Shown here piece after piece: positions 27,944 through 38,889 of a stretch of 57,702 nucleotides of DNA (the stretch's first letter is position 1; every line of letters begins with the position of its first letter). Source of the stretch: Chara braunii (taxonomy: Eukaryota > Plantae > Charophyceae); NCBI GenBank assembly GCA_003427395.1, contig BFEA01000027.1:2477335-2535036 (forward strand), in the 5' to 3' direction. Below the pieces are notes generated by a model. It saw nothing but the letters and a program-made list of their open reading frames with translations. It had not been told where the DNA came from and did not search any database. The position numbers and the translations under genes were made by a program.

Positions 27944-30004
27944 TCATAACTGCTCATACAACTTGACCATGAACCCTTTCTTGAATTTTTTAATCAGATT
28001 TTCCTTCTTATCGATGAGCCTGTTGTTCTCATCGAGGTCAACTAACCCTTTTGACCTATCAATCTTAAATCCAGAACAATCATCCCTCCTGTGGATTTCC
28101 TTCATACAGTACCAACATAACTTCTTCTCTTCTTCCTTCGTCCTCTTTGCAGATGATGGGATTCCCGGTGATGTTGCCCCAATCAATGTCTCCAGGTAGG
28201 ATCTCTTCCTATCCTGTCCCACTCTGCCATCGATTAGGGATGTTTCCCCAGCATCCTTTTCAGACAAGGTAACAACTCCTACCTCTAATCGCTTGTCATG
28301 TCTGTCAATCTCAAGTCTCTTCTCTACTTTCTCTATTCTCAGGTCTTTCCTCATGTCCTCATTCTTCTCAACATCCTCCACTCCAACCTTCGTCTGAATA
28401 TCTTCTGTTGGTTTTTCCAAGGCTTCGTCCACCTTCTCCCCTTTCTCATTTTCCAGTTTCTTTTCGCTTTCTTCAATTGTTTTTCCCTGTTCACTGATCT
28501 TTGTCCCCAATTTTCCAATTTTTTTTTTCAACTTTTATTTCTCCATCCTTTTTGTCTCCGCCTCTTTATTCTTATTTTCAAGAGCAATGCTTAGTGCCTC
28601 CACCTTCAATTCCATCTTTCCTCGTTCAATCCTTGCCTTTTCCATTTCTGTTTTCAAACTTTCCATATCTTTTTCCACCTTTGCCCACTGCAGGTCCCTT
28701 TTGTCTTTTCTTGCCCTCAACCTCTGAATTTCCTTCAGGATTTCGGGGACATGGTTTGCTACTCCCTGTGTGAATAATTCTGTTTTCTCCTTCATCCTGT
28801 CCTGAAGTTCATGAATGAGAACTTCTAATTCCTTTCTCTTTTCTTCCACCACTTTTCTCAACCTGCTGTCTACTTCTGCTTCCCCCTCAAGGATCCATTC
28901 ACAATCGTCCCTGAGTAGCTTATTCAACCGGATCAATCTGTCCACATCAGTTGCTAGCTTGGAGCTGATTACGGTTTCAGAGATTATCTTCCTTTCCAAC
29001 TTCAACCTCCAGTGTGCGTCTGAAGGCAACTCATTTTCTTTTAACGAGGTCACAACCCAATTCCTCCATTCCCAGTTTTCTTTTTCTTTTCTCTGCCTCT
29101 TTTCCTCTGTCCATCTCCTTGAGCCTCGTTCCTTTGGAGGTTCATTGGAAGTAGGCTCTTCTGCAGTTCCAGAAGGTTCTGCCATTTCATTCTCCTCATT
29201 GTCCTTCTCCTTTCTCTTCACCTTCTCGTCTCCCTTTTTCACCTNTCCTGCCTTGCCATCGCCTTTCACTTCCTTACCATCATGCTCTTCCATTTGTGTC
29301 TTGTCTTCTTTTATTGAGTCATCTCCACCTTGAGCTTTGTCCTCATCATTCCCCTACAGAGGAGCTGCGATATTTCCCCTATCTTCCTTCTGAGCTCTCC
29401 TTTCTATCCTCTCACCCTTCTTGTCAATCCACAATCCCTGCTCCTGAAGTAACAGTTTCTTCTTCTGTTTCTGTACCTCCAAGGAATAGGTCTTTCTCAT
29501 CTTGACAAGGAAGCTCCCCTTGGTGTCCGACTCCTCCTTGATCCTCTTCACCGCCTCATACTCCCTTGGTGCTATCCTCCTCATCACTTGCTCCATTATC
29601 TTTCGTTCACCCCACCTCCTTTTCTCTGAACAAAGGTTGATGCTGTCCTCAAAATCTTCCAAGTTTGTGCCATCGAAAATGATGTCATCTTCGATCTCAT
29701 CCCTTGTCAAATCCACATATTTCGCCCACATACCAGCCTTGAAATCCAACCACCCCAGACATTCCAAGGCAATCTCATCTATCACTTCATTGCACTCCCC
29801 CAGTCCTGCCACCTGTTCGAGCATGGTCCGAGTACTCCACTCTCTTCTGAAGGCATGCTCCTCGAATTCCCTCAGGAAGATCCCCAGATTGTCCCCTTCC
29901 TTGTAGACAGACATTCCTTTGAAGTCCTTCGTTACCAGCTGCATCTTTTTTCGCCCTTCTCTTCCAGGAATTATCCTGGAAGGCATCCCTCCCTTCTGTG
30001 CCAT
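27944..30004 (-). pseudogene. ORF3 in env position: second Gag-like protein (capsid-like, coiled coil, CCHC), two in-frame stops
   Basis: ORFs 29354..30004, 28535..29293 and 27944..28531 share one frame (2061 nt). CWYCMKEIHRRDDC lies at 28076-28117. Confidence 0.7.
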
Positions 30005-30149
30005 GGCCGCCTGTTTCTTGGGTCACGCCTGCACACAGAAAAAAGAAAGGGAGTGACAGATAAGGGAAAATGTCAGCAGTTGGCTAACAATAGAATATTC
30101 GAAAAGGAAATGCCACAACAAGTTTCCACAAGATCATCAGGTTTTTTCT

Positions 30150-33100
30150 TCAACTTCAATCAACTCAGCCTTGAACCTGAAATTAAATCCTTTCTTAGTG
30201 TTCCATTCATCTCGTCCAGTTCATAAGCTCAATAATTCCCTCTGCGTCTGACTCTGAAAGGTCCCAACCATCTCTTGTCCAACTTCCTTGACCATTGCTT
30301 TTCGAGCGAGGAGTCGTACAGTAGTACTATATCTCCGATCTCCAATGGTTCCTCCCTTACGTGCGGAGATCTATCCCACCTTTCTTTGTCCTTGCCACNA
30401 CTGTCAGCCACTTTCTCCACTGCTTCCTGTATTCTCTCTTCAGTGATGCTGACCTGCCTGGCCCTGATGTCAAGCAACTCTTTCAAGGGCATATCATTTT
30501 CGAGATCCTGCCTTCGCCACGTCTTCAGAAAACTTTCTATCGGATATGTGGCATGCCTCCCGTACCACAAAGTTGCATGGGCATATCTTGTGGTTCTCTT
30601 GACTGTGATGTTCTCGACGAAGAACACGGTTCTCAGGAACTTTGGCCGTAGGTTGGGCTTTCCGGCTGTTCATTTTGCCAGCAAGTTGGTAATCGTGCTA
30701 TGTTCCCTTTCAACCGGCGCATTTGCTTGCGGATGTGCTCTGGTCGTATATTTGGCAATAACTCCCAGGTCGTCCAACAACTCTTTCACTTCCCCACACG
30801 TAAAATCCGACCCCCTGTCCATTGTAAACTCCACAATGAAAGGATACCGGAGGTAGTATTCCTTGATACATTCTGCCAAGACTGCCCCTGTCTTGGTTCG
30901 GATAGCCTTCCCATCGACAAATCCTGTAAGGTTATCCCGGGCATCAAAGATATAGTTGTAGCCTCCAAGTCCCAATGGCATCGCTAGGAGGTCCAGATGA
31001 ATCACTGCCCCCACATCCTTGATATATCTCGGATGTAGGGGTTCCTTGCACCTGATTGGAGATCTGATTTGACAGGGAACGCACGATTCGCAGTACTTTC
31101 GGATCATTCCATACATGCCTTCCCAAAAGTACAGTTCGGTCACCTTCTTAATGGTAGTGGCGAAACTTCGGTGACCTCCTACGGGTCCATCATGAAGGGC
31201 TGCTATCATATCGATTTGCCGATTCCTGCCACAAACGACCCTCCTGGGAGGTCTCCTTTTATCCTTGATGAAAAGATGACCTCCTCTTACTATGTAATGA
31301 TCCCTCATACGGAGAACTTTCTTACTAACATCTCTTTCGCGCTTATCCCCGAAGAGAAGAAGTCTCATTTCTAGGTGGAACCCATCATATTCCTCTTCTC
31401 GGAAATCTTCAGAGATCTCTCCTTGCTCAAACTCCTCTCCTTTCATCTCCTCATCAAATTCGAAATCATCCCCCAACACTATCTCGTTTGCCTTAACTAT
31501 CTCTCCTTCATTCTCAGTCAGGACCTGCAAGAGTGAATTGACAAGATAATGCACTCTCGTCTGGAGTATGTATTGCTGTTATCGGCCTATCTGTCGGATA
31601 CACTGGGAACTTGTCATAACCAGAATACAGATCTATGAGCGAGATAATGGACCTTCCAGCACAAGCTTATGAGAGTTGATCAGCGTTAGAGAGCCCTCCA
31701 GCATCCCTAACCGTTACAGCGTTCAATCTTTGCAAATCTTGCACCCACCTGAGTACTCCATTTGGCTTGATGAAGCAAAACTATGGTGAGGCATAAGGTC
31801 CACTAGAGAATCCTGCTACGTGAGAACCAATCTTCCCGTCAAGGTACTCTACCACCCTTCTTTGATCATCAGGATTTGGATACCTGACTCCTCTAACATT
31901 CCAAGTTTGATGTGAGACGGTATGAATCCGAACCATCCCTATCTTGTCCACATCTAGCCTTCCGCTCTTCTCATCATTGAAGGCATATGCGCTGTGTTTT
32001 TCCTTCATTAAGTCAACTACGAACGCCCTCTCTTGCTTGGTTAAGAACTCAGGTTCACCAATGATCAGATCTTTCCAAGTTTCCTCGTTGATACGACAGG
32101 ATTATACTTCCCATTTCTCTCTCATTTGCCTAATCAATTCACATTCCTGCTCATAGTATACTCCCTCTTCATGTGTCACTAAGACTGGAACAGGGTGACT
32201 CTTTTTGTCTACCGTCTTGTACCTCCTCTTTCCCCCTTGCTTGAGCCCACCCCTAAAAAATGCTGGTTGCATGCTTGAGCATAGGGTCCTTGCGCTTTTT
32301 CTTCCCTAGGGGGTGACCTGTTCATCAGCTCCATCCTCCCCCCTTCAAGGAAATCATACAACTTATCAGCCAATGCTCGAATGGCCTTTGGTTCCGCCAT
32401 ATCGTACGCGGATACCATATACATGACTTGGTTGATGTTGAACAGACTCATAGCTAATCCTCCACTCTCTTCCTCATCCTCATCAAACCCCCACTCTAAT
32501 TCTCTTCTTCTATTCTCAAATTCCTCGAAGGTATATGACCCAGCATTGAGTCGGTTCTTCGAGCTATGAGGGTCTGTATCTTACAGATAATGACCTCGAA
32601 ATTACCATGAGCGGGATCACATAAAATTACGTACATGGTTCCGTCATGCTTCTCATGATAAGGGACTCTCTTCGCGACAAGAAGGACCTTCCCAATAATA
32701 TAGGAAGATCTAAGGTAGGCATTATGTAAAAGCAGGATCGGACCCTGACGCTTCCTATTTCCACAACTACATTTGAGGCAATCCCTATGTAGCCTGATTT
32801 TCCACTAGCCCCATTGAAGTAACCTGAGTCCCTCCTATCGATCTCCAACTCTAGCATCTAAGCCGTTTCAAGATTCATAATATTAATCTCTACTCCTGTG
32901 TCCAACATCCCAGGGCATACTTTCCCTCTGATATTGACATCTATGGACCCTGTCCCCACAGATTTTCAATCTATCTTACTCCCTGCCACTGTCATGTTGG
33001 CTTCCTTGGGGATCAGGTCGCCCATCCTTACCGTCGCTACTCTCTTTCTTGCCAGTTTAACTTTTACCAGTTCCCTGAGCTCAGGTGCAGTTGCCAAAAT

Positions 33101-33300
33101 CTCTTTTAAATTTAACAACTCATTATGTCCCTCAAGAAGCTTATTTACCAGATTCTCCAGATCAACTCCTTCTTCAATCAACGTCTGGTACTTCCATTTC
33201 TTCTTTGACTTTTCCCCAGCTTTTTCTTTTTCTTCCTTACCATCAATCTTCCGCTTTTAGCCTTTAGCTCAGCCTGTTTGTTCTCGTCCTCCTTAGGCAA
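30150..33300 (-). pseudogene. pol: pol remnant: protease, N-terminal RT and integrase; RT core and RNase H deleted
   Basis: Protease: MLDTG at ~32894-32908 and ILLGRSFL. RT: YASP*FC..LRWVQDLQRLN..IDLYSGY..TAIHT. Integrase: HHCC zinc domain, IHLD, MDRGSDF, PQANAPVER and WLGPF. Confidence 0.9.
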
Positions 33301-33519
33301 CTCATCACGTTCCTCCTCTTCTTCTTCCTCTATTTCAATAGAGGCTCCCCCTTGAGGTGGTACAGGAGCCTGCGCTGGTTCCTTGGGCGCGTTCCCTCCT
33401 TTAGGTCTTCGTGCAGTATGAGGAACAAAGTTCCTCAGTGCTTGGTAAGCAGCTTCCGAACCAGCCGCCAGAGTAACTCTTAATGCTCTGGGGTTAGGAG
33501 CTCTAGGCTCGTCATTTTC

Positions 33520-35451
33520 TCATTCTCGACTCATTGTGAATACGTGCGGCACCCTCATTTCCAAGTTCCTTATCTCTTCGCAGATGTCAGACATTTTCAC
33601 ATTTAACCTACCTATCTTATCTATCATGTCTTCCATTCTTCCCAGGGTTTCCCTTGATGACTCTCTAACTACAATATCTTCGTCTGGCTTAATTTCGACT
33701 AGTGGCATATTCTCTTCTTCCAGGCTAATCCTTGCTCCTTTCTTCAACTGGTCACTTAGTTCATCAACTTCCTCCACCCAGATAAAAGGGTCTTCCTTCT
33801 CCTGCCATATACGAAACATGGCAGGGGCGCTGGGTCCAAGTCCTGCGACTCTAATGAATTCTTTTCTCGTGCCCCCATGAATGTTTGGATCAATCTTATC
33901 TCCTCTCTTATCGAACACATCACCGTCGATACTTGATGTGATCAAGCCATCTTGCTCATCCATCCTCCTAACATGACATCTCCTTACTGTATGTCCTTTT
34001 ATCGTACAATGCATACATACGCACTCGCTGTAGTCTATCCATCCTCTTTCGGCCCCTTGATCATTCTATTGTCCATCACTCCTTCCAAACCCTCTACCGT
34101 AATTCTGGTTATAGCATTAACCGTAACCTTGGTCATAACCTTGGTTGTAACCTTGTCCAATTTGATTAAAGTTTGACTGATTAAAATTTTCAGCATGATT
34201 TCCTCCTTGATTTCCCCAATTCCCACCTTGTCCACTGTTTCCTCTTTCTCTGAATCCTCTTCCTCCATTGTCATTTCCTCTTCCTCCATTTCTCTCTTTA
34301 CCGTGTCCTTTACCGTGTCCCTGTCCTTGGAATTGACCTTGGCTACCTTGTGGTGGCAGAGCCTGTTGTGGCAATCCTCCGTTTGCTCCTTGCCCCTGGG
34401 ATGGTCCCACCCCAGCTCCTTGAACCTGGGGTAAGTTTGGATTTATCCCAATTTATCCAAAACTCGGCCATTGATTCCCGGGGTAATATCCCGGCCATGC
34501 CTCCATAGGAGCCACCACTGGCCATGGTCCAAATGGAGGAGCCGGGGATGATGTTCCTGCGACATTTATTCCCCCAATCTGTTCTGAACTTTGTCCCTTT
34601 TCTGTCCCCTGTTTCTTTGGTGTGTGGTTCTGATTCTGCTTTTGGGCCTTCTTGCCTTGCGTTACCGTTTTAGCTTTCTCTTCCCCCTTACTTCCATCAC
34701 TCTCCTCCTCATGTCTTCTCTTATTCGTCACCTGTTCAACTGCCATCACTTTTTTTGACTCCACTTTGTCCTTCAACTCCTTTAGTTGAGTGACCATACT
34801 ACTCAACACTTCCCCTAAGGCTGAGTCAGCACCTTGGACGATTCCTATTTTCTTTCTTCTCTTCCTCTCCATTTTTACTTGATGGTGGAATACTTGATCC
34901 AGGTCTCCAGATGCCAAATTTTTATTTATGGTATCCCACGAAGTCGTTTTCCCTGGTGCTCCTCCCCGGGTCAACTCCATAGTCTCGTATCCTGAGAACT
35001 TTCCCAGAAAAATGACACACTGCATTTCTTTTGAAAGCCCCGGTACTCGTTTCGCCATTTTCTCAAAAGCTGTTGCAAACGCCCCTATCGTGGTGAAGTC
35101 ATTTCGGTTGATGTTATAAATTTGGTCGATTGTCAACAACCCGTCTCCTAGCTTATATTTCCTTTGCATCTCCACTTTGAAATTATCCCAGTCCCCTCGG
35201 GCATCGACCACAATTTGTTCAACGTCGGGGCGATATTCCCACCACACATATTCAAATAACTGGGCGAACTTTTTCGCCGGCGTCAGTCGATTGAAGACCT
35301 GCTCTAGCAACTCAAGCCAGTGCGACACTCTCTCTCCTTGGAATGAATAGATTTCTATCCGAGGAAGTTGAGATCTCTTGACATTTCTGCTGTCCAGTAA
35401 TCGTCCGATCCCGACTGCCGTTATGGGCTCTGCCCCGTTTGCGTCTCCCAT
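33520..35451 (-). pseudogene. gag: gag (capsid, G/Q/N-rich linker, CCHC knuckle), frameshifted
   Basis: Made of ORFs 34453..35451, 34117..34410 and 33520..34014. CMHCTIKGHTVRRC (Cx2Cx4Hx4C) lies at 33976-34017. Confidence 0.85.
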
Positions 35452-35729
35452 TTTTCCGCTTGTTCTTAGTGAAATCTGTGTTACATAGACAAAAATGATG
35501 GCGCTTCAGATTAAATTTTTAGCCGTCTCACTTTTTTTCCCTTTTAAAATTTTTCCCCATTTTATCCCACATACCATTTAAGACTCCCTGCATCTACATT
35601 TCTAGTTCATGATCCCTTATCAACCGTCACTCACTGTCTTTCCTAACCAGTGTCCCTATCCTGCTTCTAAATGCCCAAGTCCGACTTTTTCTGTCAAAAT
35701 TGATTCAGGTCACCTTCTTTATCAAACCA

Positions 35730-36494
35730 TCCCTCCAACTTCTTCAACGGATACTCAGTCTCCCGTCCATGAATCATAACCATTCCAAACATAATGGGGA
35801 TGCTATCAACATACGCCCTGATTTTTACTTCGGCCTTGAGCTGTTTTCAGTATGTTTGTCTTGGCTCCATGAAGTAAACGTGGACATAAGCGCTAACTAT
35901 TGACAGAATTTCTTCAAAATCTCTATTAGCTAATTTTGGCCCCATTTCCAAATATAGGCAGTAGAGAGCTTCAGGCGTGAAAAATTTGCATCCCCCCTGA
36001 GCTGCCGCTCGAGCTGCTAGGGCTGCTTGCTCTACATTTATGTGCCCATTGAAGACTTCATCAATGATGAAGTCTGAAAGAGTGGCTATTATACAGTCCG
36101 AGGGATAAACGAAGTCGGCTGCCAATCTTGCTTCTATCATAGAAATTACAGGCCTGAATTCCCCCCAGCTCGTTTCTCGGATCTTTTCTTCGAGAATCGT
36201 TCTAGTAATTAGGACGTATCGTGATAAAGGTCGTCTGTGTCCTATTGCCAGATCTATCACGTGCATCCTCCATAGATGCGATGAAAGATACAATGTCGCC
36301 CGCACTATTATAGTTTCACGATCGATTGTGTGCCCCATCTCCACCCAAACAAACGCTTCTGTCCCGATTGAGGTACCCCACCATGAGGTGATCTCCTCCT
36401 CTCTCTCGCTCAGGCTTCTAGGCAGGGACATTCTCAACCCTTGCGGCGTGCGAACGGGAAGTTCCACCCCGAATTCCTGAATGGCATACGACAT
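35730..36494 (-). pseudogene. Element accessory ORF-B, paralogue of ORF-A with a disrupted C-terminus
   Basis: Starts MSYAIQ at 36494. Past the stop at 35847, homology to ORF-A continues across frameshifts (KQLKAEVK..DSIPIMFGMV). Confidence 0.65.
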
Positions 36495-36768
36495 TTTTGG
36501 GATGATCGTTGGTGGCCTGAGTGATACAAAAATGAGGGACAGAAGACACACAACATTTATATGTAAGTCCTACTGACATATCCTCCCTCCATATTTTTCC
36601 TTTTTGCTGTCCTAAATGTTTCTACCCTAACCTTCTTATCATATCACATTCTTACCTCTTCACAGTACTTACCCCCTTTCTTCTTCACTGCTTCTACTTA
36701 GTTTCTTATTTTTCCCCTCTTTTCTTCTTATGCTCTTCTTACTTCCTTGTCACCTTCTTTTGTCATTT

Positions 36769-37554
36769 CTAGAATACAAATCCCCTTTCTGCTTCCTCCA
36801 TCTCTTCTACCGTAACCCAATCCCCAGACCAGAAATTATAGACCAAGCCAAACATGGCGGGAATACCGTCCACGCAGACTCCCGAGCTTACTTCTTCTTT
36901 CAGCTTTTCCGAATACCCAAATCTTTCTTCCATATGGTATGTTCGGGCATATGCGTCGACAATGAATAGAATGTTGCTGAAATCATTCTCGGCTAATTCT
37001 TGCCCCATTTCCAGGTATAAGCAGTTAATCATATGAGGAGTGGAGAAGTCATATCCTTTATCAGGTACCCTTAGCACGGCTTCAGCGGTCAACTCCACCC
37101 TAGCTTGACCACTAAACATCTCATTGATAACGAAATCAGGGAGTGTGGTTCTAATGTAACGGATCGGCAAAATAATTTTTTTGACCGGAAGCATTCTGGC
37201 TTCCCTCCTAAACTCTCCTGCTTCTTGTAATCGACTCTCTCGGATCCAGATGTTGAGTGCGGCTTCTGCTATCACAGTAAGTTGTAGCAGATATCTTTCT
37301 TCCCCTTGATTGAGATGACCCTGCCATAGGCGAGTGGATAGGTAAATGACGACTCTCACCCTACTGCACTCTTCTATTGTATCCCAACTTTTTTCCACCC
37401 ACATGAATGTTTCTGCCCCTAGCGTGTGGCCCCACCATGTGTTGCAAAGTTCAACCCTGCCTTTCCCTTTCGGCAGCGTCATTTCCAATCCTTCATTGTT
37501 TCTAACGGGTGCCTTGACTTTGGAAACCTGTTTTGCATAAGGTATCTTGATCAA
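36769..37554 (-). CDS. Element accessory ORF-A, unknown function; start codon apparently mutated ATG>ATA
   Basis: 261-codon open frame. It is paralogous to ORF-B (WWG, WVE, YLS, DFxIxExF, CLYLEMG motifs), and KIPYAKQ aligns with KMSYAIQ. Confidence 0.65.
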   Translation of the reverse strand: MIKIPYAKQVSKVKAPVRNNEGLEMTLPKGKGRVELCNTWWGHTLGAETFMWVEKSWDTIEECSRVRVVIYLSTRLWQGHLNQGEERYLLQLTVIAEAALNIWIRESRLQEAGEFRREARMLPVKKIILPIRYIRTTLPDFVINEMFSGQARVELTAEAVLRVPDKGYDFSTPHMINCLYLEMGQELAENDFSNILFIVDAYARTYHMEERFGYSEKLKEEVSSGVCVDGIPAMFGLVYNFWSGDWVTVEEMEEAERGFVF

Positions 37555-38156
37555 ATTCGGAAGACCTGTTACAAGAGCAAGCCAAGGGACAACTTATTCA
37601 ATGTACTGCTTTAGTCACTAATTTTTGGGTGCCCTTACTATGGAATAGCCTGATTTAGAAATAAGTACTCTTTTTGCGTAGCTTTTCCTTGCATACCCCC
37701 TTTATTCCTTAGCTTCTCTTAACCTGACCTTAGTAAAGATCATGAGGATCCAAATTACCCTTCTCAATTTTACTCAGATGGATTCCCCTTACGTCTCTCT
37801 TTTAGTTAGTGATGTGAGAAATCCATGTCTTTACCTATCTTACTCCCCTTCCTTTGATGATCCCTTTATATATCAAGTACGAGACTATCCTGCAAATCCT
37901 CCGATGCGATATACAGGGTAACCCTTTTACCGCACGGTTCTTGCCCCTAACCTATCAGACTTAATTTGGACGAAGGCTTATTTGCCCACAGACATTCCCC
38001 AACAATACCCTGTCTCGGGCAGACGCCACCCTTTTCTACTCCACCTATAACACAATCCTGTCCATGTTTCTTTCATTTAGCTAACAGATTTTAGTCTATG
38101 AATTAACTAGTTTCCTTCTTATCTTATTTCGTCACCCTATCCAACCCTTTAGATCC

Positions 38157-38654
38157 TTATATAATCTTTTTATACAATAAGTAGGATACCAACCAGCAGA
38201 TCTCTATCTGACATAATATAAACATCAAGAGTGATATACACATCCTCCTATCAGGAGGCGCAGACTGAGCAACGACAGGATGGTCAGTCACGCGAGGTGC
38301 TACTTGGGGTCCTTGTTGGTGAGGTTGGGGAAGGACAGCCAACTGTTGTTCTTGAGACAGCTGGTAAGGGCTATGATGCGGGCGACTAGGCGGCTCGAAG
38401 CGTGGCGGAGACTCTCTGTAACGCCTTGCGTACCTATACGAATAGTAAGTCATTTCCTCAGGGTTCGGGGTATGCATGCGCCTCTCCTCCCGGTACCTTC
38501 TTGCCCTCAATCTTTCCTCCTTCTCTTCTGACCCTTCATCATCTTCTCCCCAGTATTCTCATTTCTTAGTCAAATCTATAGGCCTTTCGGGTGCCTTCCC
38601 TTGTCTGCCGCCTCTTCCTCTACCAGTACCGGTCCCACGACCTTTAGGTACCAT
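38157..38654 (-). pseudogene. Element ORF0: RG-rich N-terminus and hydrophobic C-terminal helix, with one in-frame stop
   Basis: Reads MVPKGRGTGTGRGRGGRQGK...LTKK*EYW... in frame with ORF 38157..38510, which ends MCISLLMFILCQIEICWLVSYLLYKKII. Confidence 0.55.
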
Positions 38655-38867
38655 ATTTGCTTAACTTTTACTATAAGTCGGGTAATCGTACCTAGGTATT
38701 AACTAACCTATACCCTACACACTGACTTGTTGACTACTTGTTACTAACAACGCGAGTTACCTTATTTCTGCTTTGACCCTTAGTCAATTTTGACCTCGGT
38801 AATTATCGTTTTGCCAGGATTTTGCTTTACCCGAGTTCGTTCTCTAAGGACCTCGGCTAGGAAGCGA

Positions 38868-38887
38868 GATCCCCGGCAACAGCGCCA
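38868..38887 (-). promoter_or_regulatory. Primer-binding site, tRNA-Asp
   Basis: Minus strand TGGCGCTGTTGCCGGGGATC lies 2 nt inside the LTR. It is complementary to the plant tRNA-Asp 3' end (…GATCCCCGGCAACGGCGCCA) with one G:U pair, the same PBS type as Athila elements. Confidence 0.88.
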
Positions 38888-38889
38888 CC

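Noticed and set aside
27944-30004. env gene
   Set aside because: No signal peptide or TM segment is visible; it has a CCHC knuckle and Gag-like motifs instead.
28298-37614. Plus-strand S/F/L-rich ORFs
   Set aside because: They are antisense shadows of the purine-rich minus-strand retroelement genes.
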